From: Malassezia furfur
Lineage: Eukaryota
DNA length: 54,194 nt
Assembly: GCA_052055015.1 (NCBI GenBank)
Contig: JBQJIT010000025.1
Reading direction: 5' to 3' (one strand)
Shown one piece after another: positions 41,451-52,836 of the stretch. Each line of letters begins with the position of its first letter. Position 1 is the stretch's first letter. Below the pieces are notes generated by a model, which worked only from the letters and a program-made list of their open reading frames with translations, was not told where the DNA came from and made no database searches. The position numbers and the translations under genes were made by a program.

Positions 41451-42545
41451 ATGGCGAGCGACGCCAAGCCCTCGCCAGCCAAGCACACAGGTGCTCTGGC
41501 AGGCCTCGCGGGTGGTACACTGGATACGAAACCCACGGTAGAAAGGACGTCGCCTGATTTTCTCGTTGTGATTCTGGATCTGGACCCTGAGGCATGGCAG
41601 TTAACCTCGACAGAAAAGAGCTCGAGCGCTGAGCAGCGCGCCGAGGCAGCTTTTGCGCGATTGAAACATGCTCTGTATGCTGTTCTGGTATTCCTCAATG
41701 CGCATGTTGCGATGCAACATGGTAATGGCGTTGCAATTTATGGGGCTGTGGCTGGGTCGGCCCAACTGCTGTATACAACTGCCCCTTTTGTGCCGCAAAG
41801 CAAACACTCAGACGACCATTCGACAGTGAGCTCGTGCCTCCCTTTCAAGTTGATGGACGACGCCGTCTTCACTGGTGTACGGACGATGATGAGCGAGGCG
41901 TCTGCAGAGGACCTATCTGGCAAGGCCCACAAGCCCAATGGCATGGTTCGTGCACTGTCCCTTGCCTTGTGCCATATCAACCGGATGTCGATCATGACGC
42001 GGCTGGGTGATGCACAGCCAGAACTTGAACCAGCCATGGCAGACCGTACGGCCAAGCGAAACCAGCTTGCTGCATCGACCTTCCAGAATCGCATCTTGAT
42101 TCTCAGCACAACTCCCGACGCAAGTGCGCAGCATGTGCCGATGATGAATTGTATTTTTAGTGCACAGAAGCAGGGCATCCACATTGATGTCTGCAAGCTC
42201 TTTGGCGAAGATACCGTTTTTTTGCGCCAGGCTTGTCACCTCACAGGCGGTCATTATTACAGCCTCGATGGCCTCGACGGATTGCTGCAAGTACTGACCA
42301 CGGTCTATCTGCCCTCGCGGACTGTGCGGCCCATGCTAATGTTCCCTGCAATGGACGACGTCGATTTCCGTGCGGCATGCTTCTGCCATCGGCGTAACGT
42401 GGACATTGGCTATGTTTGCTCCGTGTGTCTGAGTATTTTCTGTGGACCGCGTAAAGAATGTCTAATTTGTCGCTCCGAGTTTCCTCCCAGTACATTCCAG
42501 CGGTTTGAGGACGAACAAGCAGTGGCTGCGATGCTAAGGTCCTAA
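41451..42545 (+). CDS. TFB4: TFIIH subunit Tfb4/p34
   Basis: LVVILD, VFLNAHVA, LSLALCHINR, MNCIFSAQK, FLRQACHLTGG and zinc finger VDFRAACFCH...GYVCSVCLSIFC...CLIC; ATG 41451. Confidence 0.93.
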   Translation: MASDAKPSPAKHTGALAGLAGGTLDTKPTVERTSPDFLVVILDLDPEAWQLTSTEKSSSAEQRAEAAFARLKHALYAVLVFLNAHVAMQHGNGVAIYGAVAGSAQLLYTTAPFVPQSKHSDDHSTVSSCLPFKLMDDAVFTGVRTMMSEASAEDLSGKAHKPNGMVRALSLALCHINRMSIMTRLGDAQPELEPAMADRTAKRNQLAASTFQNRILILSTTPDASAQHVPMMNCIFSAQKQGIHIDVCKLFGEDTVFLRQACHLTGGHYYSLDGLDGLLQVLTTVYLPSRTVRPMLMFPAMDDVDFRAACFCHRRNVDIGYVCSVCLSIFCGPRKECLICRSEFPPSTFQRFEDEQAVAAMLRS

Positions 42546-42553
42546 TAGGGTAT

Positions 42554-43519
42554 CTAGACATGTCGATTTAGCCAGGTACGAATACCCGTCTTACTCGCCA
42601 AGTCGATTAGGCCACCTTTCGTGTCGCGTACACGTGCAGGAGGGCCCTGTTTGTCGTGGTACAAGCGTAAAATATGCCTTGCAACTGCATCAAGTTCGTC
42701 CTTCGTTGTGTCAAACAGTGTCCACCAGGGCATGGGTTCCATCGGAAGCGCGATCGGTGCATGGAGTAGATTCGGCTCGAGCGTCAGCAGGTAAATGGAC
42801 GCCCCGGCGATCACATGTGGAGGGAATAGGCAGTAGACGGCAGTGTGGAGACTGGGTGAGTCGAGGTCCACGCACGCGTCATTCAGGTAGTTCCAAGCCA
42901 CTTGGGCAGCTGTTTTGGTCTCGCCTGCCACTTCCAGGTTTTCATGGGCGATACCTAGTAGCTGGACGTAGTTTATCATTAATGCATGAGGCAGGTTGAC
43001 CTCGATATCGAAACCAAGCCTCTTCAGTATCTGCATTTCTGCCACGACCAGCGCGTCTTTTGCATCGTAATAGGCATCCGAATAGTATCCGGTGGGGCGG
43101 TAAACAAACTGAGGCTCGTTAAGAGGCGCCGCTGTATCTTCTTTGATTCGCTCGTGGGGTGCGTTGTGATTGGCCGTCTCGGCGATGTAGTGAGCGCGTT
43201 GCTTCATATAGTCGAAAACAAGGAGGATATCTCGGAGACGAGCGGGGGTTTCCCCGATCTTTGATGCTAGGAACAGGGCACCCATGGCAATGTCCAGGAG
43301 ATTGAACTGCCTCATGGACGAGACGTACCAGAACCGTTGGAACAGGATCTGGGCCGTGCTTGTCACATCCTGTGGTAGATGCAGTAGAATCCCGGCTTGT
43401 TGTATGTGTTGGCATCCAAATGTGCATAGCTCTTCTTCGAGGCTTGGCGGGATGCCGTCTGCACATGTTGGCTTCTGCCTCGCTTGAGCCTCCGTCGCTA
43501 AGCTGTTGAGGCCTGGCAT
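42554..43519 (-). CDS. Cyclin L-like transcriptional cyclin
   Basis: GCQHIQQAGILLHLPQ...TAQILFQRFWYVSS, ALFLASKIGE, EMQILKRLGF; a 24-nt in-frame intron 42875-42852 restores AWNYLNDALHT. Confidence 0.85.
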   Translation of the reverse strand: MPGLNSLATEAQARQKPTCADGIPPSLEEELCTFGCQHIQQAGILLHLPQDVTSTAQILFQRFWYVSSMRQFNLLDIAMGALFLASKIGETPARLRDILLVFDYMKQRAHYIAETANHNAPHERIKEDTAAPLNEPQFVYRPTGYYSDAYYDAKDALVVAEMQILKRLGFDIEVNLPHALMINYVQLLGIAHENLEVAGETKTAAQVAWNYLNDACVDLDSPSLHTAVYCLFPPHVIAGASIYLLTLEPNLLHAPIALPMEPMPWWTLFDTTKDELDAVARHILRLYHDKQGPPARVRDTKGGLIDLASKTGIRTWLNRHV

Positions 43520-43572
43520 AATTTGGCAATTTTAAAGAAACGCGCGATTAACTAGCTCCCCTCCACATACCC

Positions 43573-44847
43573 CTACGGACTGTTCCCCACAACGACCCAT
43601 TCCAGGTAGAGGCGCGAAATTTCCTCCTCCAACTCTCTCAAGCGACGATGCTTAGATGAAGGATGCCGTGTATCCAAATCAGCACCGCTTCGGATCCATG
43701 GTCGCCTAGGTGGTTTGTCCAGGGACAAAACCCCGCCGAGTCCTAGGCGAGAAGGTCGGATCTGGTCCATAATCTGGTCCACCGTATCCTTATGACCGTG
43801 ATGAGAGCGAATGGAAAGCGGCGATATGTTTTCGTCCGAAAGCGACGATGAATTCGCGTCCGCGAGTCCATCCAAGGTACTCACCGAGGGGCGCGTAATT
43901 TCGTCGCCAAGTGCAGCGAGCAGCTCTTGTTTCTGTACAGGGCAGTCGAGACCCGATGTCTTGGACTGCTCACTCGGTTCCTTGAACGCATCATCACAGG
44001 CCGCGGCGAACTCGTCGAAAAAGGACGAGTCCTGTGCCAATCCAGCACTGTTCCCAGCCGGAGCAGGTCTTCCATGCAATCGGGAACCGCCTGCGAACGG
44101 GCCGCCCTGTTCTCCCGTATTCGGTTGCGTGAGTCGAAAAGACAGGTATGCTGCCCCTCCGTCGCCCAATTTCGACGAGCGGTTCCACTGGATCGGCGCA
44201 GAGCGGGCATGGGCACCAGCGCGCTGTGGAGTATGACTCCCCACCCCCAACGTGTCAAGGCGCAAATCGGGTTTCCGCCGCCTCTCTGCTGAGGTTCGGG
44301 ACGCATTGGGTGCATTTGACCGCCGCGGAGCCAGAGAAGCACGCCTACGTTGCAAGTTCGCCCCACCCTGTGCATTCCACGGAGAGAACGGGACGGTGAG
44401 TTCGCTTCCAAAGCTCGTATTTGCTGGAATGTTGCCCAGTGCGCTGCATGGGTCCTCCCCATACGCACCACACGAGTCGCCCGCCAAGGAAATCAGTTGT
44501 GCTTCGGAAGAGGGGATATGACACCCAGACGCACGCGTCGGCATCATGCGATGGTCTTGCTGCAGTACAGAGGCGGCATTACACCCTTCACTCTGGTCTT
44601 CTCTGATCTCCCGATCAATGACAGACTCTCTCACGCCATGGCCAAGCGCGAGTCGCTGGAATGTCTCCGAAACCCGCTCCAACGCACACACGGAAAGACT
44701 AGATTCATCAAGATGTATCTCTAGTGGATCTGGGCGGCTTATACGGGGCCGGACTTCTGGCACCGCAGTGCATTTGCACAGCTCCTCTGACATGGTGAGG
44801 AGCGGTCCCATGGCGGGTGTTCCTCTTATACATTCTTGCGCGATCAT
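43573..44847 (-). CDS. Hypothetical, largely low-complexity protein
   Basis: About 1.3-kb open frame filling the gap between cyclin L and VPS24; no motif recognised; start uncertain. Confidence 0.5.
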   Translation of the reverse strand: MIAQECIRGTPAMGPLLTMSEELCKCTAVPEVRPRISRPDPLEIHLDESSLSVCALERVSETFQRLALGHGVRESVIDREIREDQSEGCNAASVLQQDHRMMPTRASGCHIPSSEAQLISLAGDSCGAYGEDPCSALGNIPANTSFGSELTVPFSPWNAQGGANLQRRRASLAPRRSNAPNASRTSAERRRKPDLRLDTLGVGSHTPQRAGAHARSAPIQWNRSSKLGDGGAAYLSFRLTQPNTGEQGGPFAGGSRLHGRPAPAGNSAGLAQDSSFFDEFAAACDDAFKEPSEQSKTSGLDCPVQKQELLAALGDEITRPSVSTLDGLADANSSSLSDENISPLSIRSHHGHKDTVDQIMDQIRPSRLGLGGVLSLDKPPRRPWIRSGADLDTRHPSSKHRRLRELEEEISRLYLEWVVVGNSP

Positions 44848-45109
44848 GGCGTCCAGATAAGATCCGGAACTGAATAGGGAGGAACACAAGCTGCCTTTTG
44901 TCTCAACGTGTGCGAAATAACGGCTCCTCCCATTCTGCTGCGTAGACCCTGTCTTGTCGTGATCGCCTAACTCCCTCAGCGTGCACCGTGCGCCTCTACG
45001 GCGCGTGCTTACTCAGCACCGGCTCTCCACACTTGGCCAAGGATAACCGCGTAGCTGCGTCGGCCCCAAGCACCGTGCGTATTGAGGCACCCGTCGCGAC
45101 AACCAAACG

Positions 45110-45875
45110 ATGCAATCCGTGTCGCGATTTATATGGGGTCCAAGCAAGGAAGGTATGTCTGTCGCTTTTTTGACCGAAGAGCGGGCTCGTGAAGTACAGC
45201 GGCGGCTTCGCCAGGAGCAGCGGGCACTGGATCGTGAAGTGCGGCAAATTGACCAGGCAACTGCCAAAGTGAAGGCAGACATTAAGCGCCTGGCAATCAA
45301 GGGAGACACAAAAAATGCCACGATGCTGGCCCGCGAGGTGGTGCGGTCCAACAAGCACCGCACGCGGCTGATCACAAGCAAAGCGCAGCTGAACAGCATA
45401 TCGCTCCAGCTGCAACAACAACTATGTATGTAGCCCGCACTAACAGCAGCCATGTTCAAGGTAACTGGAACATTACAAAAATCGACCGAGATCATGAAAC
45501 TATCCAACAATCTTATCCGCCTTCCGCAAATGTCGCAGTCCATGCGTGAGATGAGCGCAGAACTGATGAAGGTGCGTACAGCGGCGATGCTGACCGCAGG
45601 CCGGCATCCTGGAAGAAATGATGAATGATACACTAGATGCGAGTGCACTCGGCGAAGACCAGGAGGAACTCGAAGAAGAAGCACAAGAAGAAGTGGACAA
45701 CGTTCTTCATGAGCTCACCGACGGTAGGTGTCGCGTCCCTGACACAGGCAAACTTGGCCAAGCAAAGTCGGCCAGCGAGCTGCCCACGCTCACCGAGCCC
45801 ACACCGACAGCCAACGCCGAAAACGAAGACATCGAACAAATGCAAGCCCAGCTCAACAGCCTGCTGCGCGGTTAG
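45110..45875 (+). CDS. VPS24: ESCRT-III subunit Vps24/CHMP3 (Snf7 family)
   Basis: Introns 45153-45179 (27 nt), 45426-45449 (24 nt), 45572-45599 (28 nt) and 45724-45747 (24 nt) give LAREVVRSNK...SKAQLNSISLQL...KVTGTLQKSTEIMK...ELMKAGILEEMMNDTL...EEVDNVLHELTDGKL. Confidence 0.9.
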
Positions 45876-46009
45876 GAGCAGCAATACGAGGAAGATGGAT
45901 ACAGTTTCCAACTAGTAGAAGTACAATAAACACAAACGACTATAGATCTACGATTGCCGTAAATCGCGTCCTTGTGGTATCAACACAAAGGCAATCGACC
46001 ACCCATCGC

Positions 46010-46435
46010 TTACGCCGACGAGAACTTGGTGACCGAGCGAGTGGCCTCGGCAATGGCGTGCTTCGACAGCTCACCGGGCAGGATCAGGCGGACAGCCGTC
46101 TGGATCTCACGCGACGAGATGGTGCTCTTCTTGTTGTAGCTGGCGAGCTTCGAGGCCTCAGTGGCGATGCGCTCGAAGATGTCCTGCACAAACGAGTTGA
46201 GAATGGCCATGGCCTTGTTCGAGATACCGGTGTCAGGGTGCACCTGCTTGAGCACACGGTAGATGTAGGTCGAGTAGGTCTCCTTGCGGACCTTGCTGCC
46301 CGACTTCTTGCGCTCAGTCGACTTGGAGGGGGCCTTCGAGGTCTTCTTGGCACCCTCGGTGGGGGCCTTACCAGCGGAGGCAGGGGCCTTGCCGGCCGTC
46401 GACGGGGGCTTCTTCTCAGCAGGCTTGGGAGGCAT
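46010..46435 (-). CDS. HTB1: Histone H2B
   Basis: MPPKPAEKK...[27 protein letters not shown]...[21 protein letters not shown]. Confidence 0.98.
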   Translation of the reverse strand: MPPKPAEKKPPSTAGKAPASAGKAPTEGAKKTSKAPSKSTERKKSGSKVRKETYSTYIYRVLKQVHPDTGISNKAMAILNSFVQDIFERIATEASKLASYNKKSTISSREIQTAVRLILPGELSKHAIAEATRSVTKFSSA

Positions 46436-46977
46436 TGTAGAGGGTATGCTAAACAGAGGGACTGTAGACACAACAGAATAGGCTGCAAAATGAGCGATGG
46501 CCTATATACGTTTCCCGCCCGCGCGCGCGGCGCGCCAACGACGCGTCTGCCCGCCCGGCCAGGTGTAGAATCGAGTGCATTCCCCGTATTTTGCGCGATC
46601 TGCGACGCGAAATCATGGCCAAGATCACAATGTCCACAATTATTGTCCACATTTATGGGCATTTTGTGGACGAAAATGGGTGGACGTCCACCTCCACTCG
46701 AACGCGCTTAGGTAGGCGTGGACATTAATTCGATACGGACCAATCCTATCGCGCCATGGCGTGTGTACACTGTGGACATGAAATCACGCGGGTGTGATTT
46801 TCGATGCGCGACGCGCCCGCGGTCTGATCGGGTGTGACCAAATGGGCGAGACGCGGTGCTTGCTCGGGCAGCACGACGCCGTGGCTGATCTCGCCAATTC
46901 ATAATAAAAGGGAGGGGTTTCTACTATCCGCTCGGTTCCGTCCTGTAAGACATTCGTCTCATTTTCCTTCAATAACA
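46436..46977. promoter_or_regulatory. Divergent H2A/H2B promoter
   Basis: Seven GTCCAC/GTGGAC hexamers in 46632-46777, MCB-like ACGCGT/ACGCGA, TATA-like TATATA at 46503 and ATAATAAAAG at 46901. Confidence 0.65.
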
Positions 46978-47429
46978 ATGTCTGGTGGCAAGTCTGGTGG
47001 TAAGGCGGGTGACGCTTCCTCGTCCAAGACCCAATCGCGTTCGGCCAAGGCCGGCCTGCAGTTCCCTGTGGGTCGTATCCACCGTCTGCTCCGCAAGGGC
47101 AACTACGCCCAGCGTGTCGGTGCCGGTGCTCCTGGTATGTTTCCTCTTTTGTTGTATGGTATGCTAACCGTACAGTGTACCTTGCCGCTGTCCTTGAGTA
47201 CCTCGCTGCCGAGATTCTCGAGCTGGCTGGCAACGCCGCCCGCGACAACAAGAAGTCGCGTATCATTCCCCGTCATCTGCAGCTGGCCATCCGCAACGAT
47301 GAGGAGCTTAACAAGCTCCTTGGCGGTGTGACGATCAGCCAGGGTGGTGTGCTTCCCTTCATCCAGAGCGAGCTGCTCCCCGCTAAGAGCGGCAAGTCCA
47401 AGAAGGCGGTCGGCTCGCAGGAGATCTAA
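46978..47429 (+). CDS. HTA1: Histone H2A (C-terminal SQEI, gamma-H2A type)
   Basis: [33 protein letters not shown]; 41-nt intron 47135-47175; [27 protein letters not shown]. Confidence 0.98.
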
Positions 47430-47516
47430 GGCCTCCATACCATCTATATTGGCCGACGACTTTGTGTTCTGTTCTGTAGACACACTAGCTGTACTTCTAT
47501 CCCCTTTTTGCTCTAG

Positions 47517-48543
47517 TTAAAGGCGCGGTGCTGGCCCGGCGAGCTGTACGCGCGGTCGGATACGGTAGCCGCGCACACGCTGTGGGCCGAAGAAAGCGTG
47601 TCGAAGCATCGTGGCATGCGTTGGCTGCTGCGTGTGCCATACGCTGTAGTTGGGTAAGCGTCCGTACGCGATCGTTGCTGCACGGATCAGAATTTCGCTG
47701 TGGGTAAGTGCACCTGCGGCCCTGCGGCGTACCTTGTCAGTCCGCGGATTGGATTGCGGGCGTCCCAGAAAGTATGGCGCCGTAGACGTTCACCAAGCCA
47801 GTGCACTTCGTAGATAGAATGCCATCTACTCTCGTTCTCGTCGGCGTCTGGGATGGGGCCCGGCTCATCTTGGCGGCCGGTTGGTATGGTCTGGATGGGG
47901 CGGCTCTCTGGCGCGTCGACGTGCATGACACGCTCCAGTTCGGCAGGTGGCTCATGGTATAGGAACGCCTCGAGCGGCACCGAGAAGATGCGTGCCACCT
48001 CCTTCTTGTTCGGCGTCACCTGCATGAGTGTGCGCACGTACGCATGGGTGGCTCTCGGGTAGGAGCACCACGAAAGGTGAAACGGCCAATTCGTTGGCGG
48101 ACAAAAACTCTTCCATCTCGCACATGCGCGCGATGTCCGCGCGGTCCTTGGAGAGTCCGATCTCTTCAGACGCTTCGCGCCGCTGCTGTCAGCGGAGATG
48201 CACGTACTGCCGTTTGTTCGATGCTCTGGTCACCCAACTCGAACCGGCCACCGGGCAGCGCCGTATCCCCTCCGTGGGAAGACAGTCGACTAGACCTCTG
48301 CGTCAGGAGCACATAGAGACGTCCGTCGTTCCCGACAAACAGTGGCAGCACAACCCCTGCGCTTCGGTACGCGGGGATGTGGGCAGCGACGGCGGGATCG
48401 AGTGTTTCGGTGGGGCTAGGGGTATATTGGCTTAGCCGTGCAAGCGCTTGTTGCGTTTCGGGCGTGGCGCGAGTGAGGACGTCCTGGGGTACGCCGCGGC
48501 TGGGTCAGCACGGCTTGGCTGCGTACGCGCGAAGTCGATCCAT
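47517..48543 (-). CDS. PCD1: Nudix hydrolase, CoA diphosphatase family (Pcd1/NUDT7-like)
   Basis: Introns 48526-48500, 48207-48183, 48041-48020 and 47732-47698 give the CoA motif LLTQRSSRLSSHGGDTALPGG, the Nudix box ...TARREASEEIGL and IRGLTSEIL; ends APRL*. Confidence 0.82.
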
Positions 48544-48605
48544 TCGGGGTAGTCTGGGGTACGTGTGGAGGCGGCGCAACGCTCAAATTTAGCCCATTTT
48601 TATGA

Positions 48606-49889
48606 ATGAGCCAAGTGCCCGATGTGGTACATCAGTGCCTGGTCACTTTGCGGGCCACAGACCATGCGCACGTGGCTGCACCCCTCGCGTGCCTCGCTGA
48701 GCAACTCGTGCGCCGCGTACAGACCAGCTGCGAGGATGCGGCGGCTCACGGCGATGCGCTCATCTACGTGATCCAGACGTGCGCGACGGTGCTCGCACGC
48801 CGTTGCGAGGAGCAGTTTCTTGTATACCCCTACAGCGAAGTCCCCGACGCATGGCGACGCTTTTATACCCACACGGCACTGCTACGTGCCTGTGCAGCGC
48901 TGCTGCGTGCGCAGGCGGAGCCGCACTTGCCCCGCGCATTCTGGCGTGAACAGATCCGTGCGCTCGACATGGCGCTCATCACTACGGACCGACTGGAAGA
49001 TACACATCGAATCCTTGTACATGATATGCTTGCTGCCCTACAAGACCAACATGGACCGAGCGACCCCCCCACACGGAAGCGGCGCCAGCACGACGCGCCC
49101 CGCAGCCGCACAACCAGTCCACCGCTCTATACGGCGGTACCAGAACGGACGAAGCCGACGGATGTCGAGTTTGCACGACTCGCGGCGGACGGGGCATCAG
49201 GATCCCCCTTCATTGTACGTGGCTATGCTCGTCATTGGCGCGCCATGCAGCCTTCCACAGCACCCCGATGGGCGGATGCTACCTACTTGGTGGGCCGCGC
49301 TGGGCCTGGACGTGTGGTTCCGGTCGAGACGGGCGCGCGGTATACGGACCGAGACTGGGGACAGACCGTGATGGCGTTTGACGACTTTCTCGGTCGGATT
49401 GGCTGGGGCGAGGACGAGGGTGCGGCGGAAGAAAAGCTGTACCTGGCGCAGCACACGTTGCTCACCCAGTTCCCTTGGCTCGCCGACGACCTCGAGGTGC
49501 CGAGTTATGCATGCACGGCACATGCCACCCACCGTGGCACCATGCCGATCACGAGCGTGTGGATCGGGCCCCGCGGCACCGTATCTCCGCCGCACACGGA
49601 TGCGTACTACAACTGCTACGTGCAAGTAGTTGGTGCCAAGTGGGTGTGGCTTGCACCGCCCGATGCCGATCGGGGCGGAGCAATGGCGGCATGGCGGACG
49701 GACGCGGCCGAAACGTACGCGGGCCTGATGCACAACACGTCGCAGCGCGACGTGTGGGCGTCGCCCACGTGCGTGGACGGTGCACTACAGACCGTGCTCC
49801 AGCCCGGCGATCTACTTTACCTGCCGCCGCGCTGGTGGCACGCGATGCACAGTCTCAGCCGTAGCTTCTCCGTATCGTTCTGGTTTTAA
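48606..49889 (+). CDS. JmjC-domain 2OG oxygenase, JMJD5/KDM8-like
   Basis: RVVPVETGARYT, YLAQHTL, WIGPRGTVSPPHTD (HxD), QVVGAK, PGDLLYLPPRWWH, SFSVSFWF. Confidence 0.85.
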   Translation: MSQVPDVVHQCLVTLRATDHAHVAAPLACLAEQLVRRVQTSCEDAAAHGDALIYVIQTCATVLARRCEEQFLVYPYSEVPDAWRRFYTHTALLRACAALLRAQAEPHLPRAFWREQIRALDMALITTDRLEDTHRILVHDMLAALQDQHGPSDPPTRKRRQHDAPRSRTTSPPLYTAVPERTKPTDVEFARLAADGASGSPFIVRGYARHWRAMQPSTAPRWADATYLVGRAGPGRVVPVETGARYTDRDWGQTVMAFDDFLGRIGWGEDEGAAEEKLYLAQHTLLTQFPWLADDLEVPSYACTAHATHRGTMPITSVWIGPRGTVSPPHTDAYYNCYVQVVGAKWVWLAPPDADRGGAMAAWRTDAAETYAGLMHNTSQRDVWASPTCVDGALQTVLQPGDLLYLPPRWWHAMHSLSRSFSVSFWF

Positions 49890-49924
49890 ACGATGTTCAA
49901 AGCAATGCCCTACATGCTCCCCGA

Positions 49925-51086
49925 TTACAGGTTTTCCAGCACCGCCGCAGTGAACTGCTGCGTAGTCGACGAGCCGCCCATGTCCACAGTGCGGACCTTG
50001 CCGTCCTTGATCGTGCGGTACACGGCCGCGGCGATCTGGTTGGCCTGGTAGTCGAGGCCGAAGTGGCGGAGCATCATGGTCGCGCTCAGGATCATGGCCG
50101 TGGGGTCGGCCTTGTTCGTGCCCATGATATCCTTGGCGACGTGACGGCAGCCCGGCTCGTACAGGGCGTAGTCGCGGCCGATGTTGGCACCCGGCACCGT
50201 ACCCGGGCCACCGACAAGCGCCGCACCAATGTTCGACACGATGTTGCCGTACAGGTTGGGCATGACCATCACGTCGAACTGCTGGGGCTTGCCGACGAGC
50301 TGCATCGAGGTGTTGTCGACGATCATGTCGTTGGCCTTGATGCCGTACACCTTGTACTCCTCGGCCACGCGGCGGAAGGTGTTGAGGAAGAGACCGTCAC
50401 CGAGCTTCATGATGTTGGCCTTGTGCACGCACGTCACCGTCTTGCGGTTGTTCTTCAGCGCAAAGTCGAACGCGAAGCGCGAGATACGCTCGGCCTTGAA
50501 GCGCGTCGAGACCTTGAGCGACTCGACGATGCCGGGCGAGGGCGAGTGCTCGAGACCGCTGTACTCACCCTCGGTGTTCTCACGAATGATAGTAAAGTCG
50601 ACGTCCTTGTGACGGGTGGGAAGGCCCTCCATCGACTTGCAGAACACCATCGAGGCGTAGATATCGAGCTTCTGGCGCATCGCCACGTTCCACGAGTTGT
50701 GCGAGCCAGCGCCCGTGGGGGTGAAGAGCGTGCCCTTGAGGCCGACCTTGTTGCGCCGAAGGCTCTCCATGGCCTCCTGGAACTGCTTCTCGTTGCCCTG
50801 CATCTCGCCCGAGAGGTCATACTGCTCCCACTCAACGGGCACGTTGAGCGTGTCGAAGATCTCCTTGACCGAGTCGGTGATCTCCTTACCGACACCGTCA
50901 CCGGGGATCAGCGTCGCGGTGTACACGCCTCCGTACTTGGTCGGACCCTTGCTGAGCAGGGGGGTCTGGGCGGTCAACGTCGAGACGGAACGAATGGCCT
51001 GAGTCAGCGTGCACACAACATACCTGCTTCTGCGCCATGCTGGCACCAGCGAGAGCCGATCGCGAGACCTTGGAAAGCGCGCTCAT
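49925..51086 (-). CDS. IDH1: Mitochondrial NAD-dependent isocitrate dehydrogenase, regulatory subunit
   Basis: ATG 51086; 25-nt intron 51023-50999; KYGGVYTATLIPGDGVGKEI, SWNVAMRQKLDIYAS, IVDNTSMQLV and EPGCRHVAKDI are Idh1-type. Confidence 0.93.
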
Positions 51087-51327
51087 CCTGCCAATGCACG
51101 GGTGTAGTGGTGGGTTGGATAAAAATTGTGCACAACGCGGCTGACCTGAGTCCGGCGGCAATCCGCGACATCAGTGGTCCACGCGGCCACATTTGGGTGC
51201 AGGATTCGCGCACGTCGGCCGAGCTGTAGATACCCGTCTGAACCGCGGAAACCCCTGCGGCGTTGTGCGGCGTTGTGCAAAAAATTAACGCTCGGTCCTC
51301 ACTCGCTACCATTGCTTTGCTCGCGCC
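51087..51327. promoter_or_regulatory. Divergent IDH1/IDH2 promoter
   Basis: GCGTTGTGC at 51138-51130 (minus), 51260-51268 and 51270-51278 (plus); CAGTGGTCCAC at 51172-51182. Confidence 0.55.
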
Positions 51328-52467
<1,140 letters not shown>

Positions 52468-52836
52468 ATGCAATTTCCACGTGGGTAGTAGCATAGCCAG
52501 TATGCGCTCGACAGACTATGGCCAGGATGCGGCGGCGCGCGCCGCGCCCTACGGACCGCGCGCGGGTATTGTCTGTACAGGGGATCTTTGGGGGGCCGAC
52601 TCGGTCGGCCGGGGCGGTCGGTCACGTTTTAATCCACGGCGCGGCGCGGCGCGGCACGCCGTGTCGCCATGCCGCTGGCACGCGCAACTCCTTTGCCATA
52701 GCCAAATGCATGCATCTTGCGGGGCGCAGGGGGCTTGGGACTCGTCGTAGATGGAGGAGGTGGATGTTGTAGGCGTGTTGCTGGCGACTATAACGCTAAT
52801 TTGGGCAAGGACTTGCGCGCGCAATACATCGGTGTC

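Noticed and set aside
3753..45875. Functional clustering of ESCRT genes (VPS4, VPS24) or cell-wall genes (BCK1, FKS1, LIM protein)
   Set aside because: They are separated by many unrelated genes; co-occurrence in 54 kb of a very compact genome is expected by chance.
4868..48543. Apparent frameshifts or pseudogenes in VPS4, BET1, rhomboid, IWR1, ERG5, VPS24 and the Nudix gene
   Set aside because: Every break is resolved by a GT-AG micro-intron with a branch-site-like motif.
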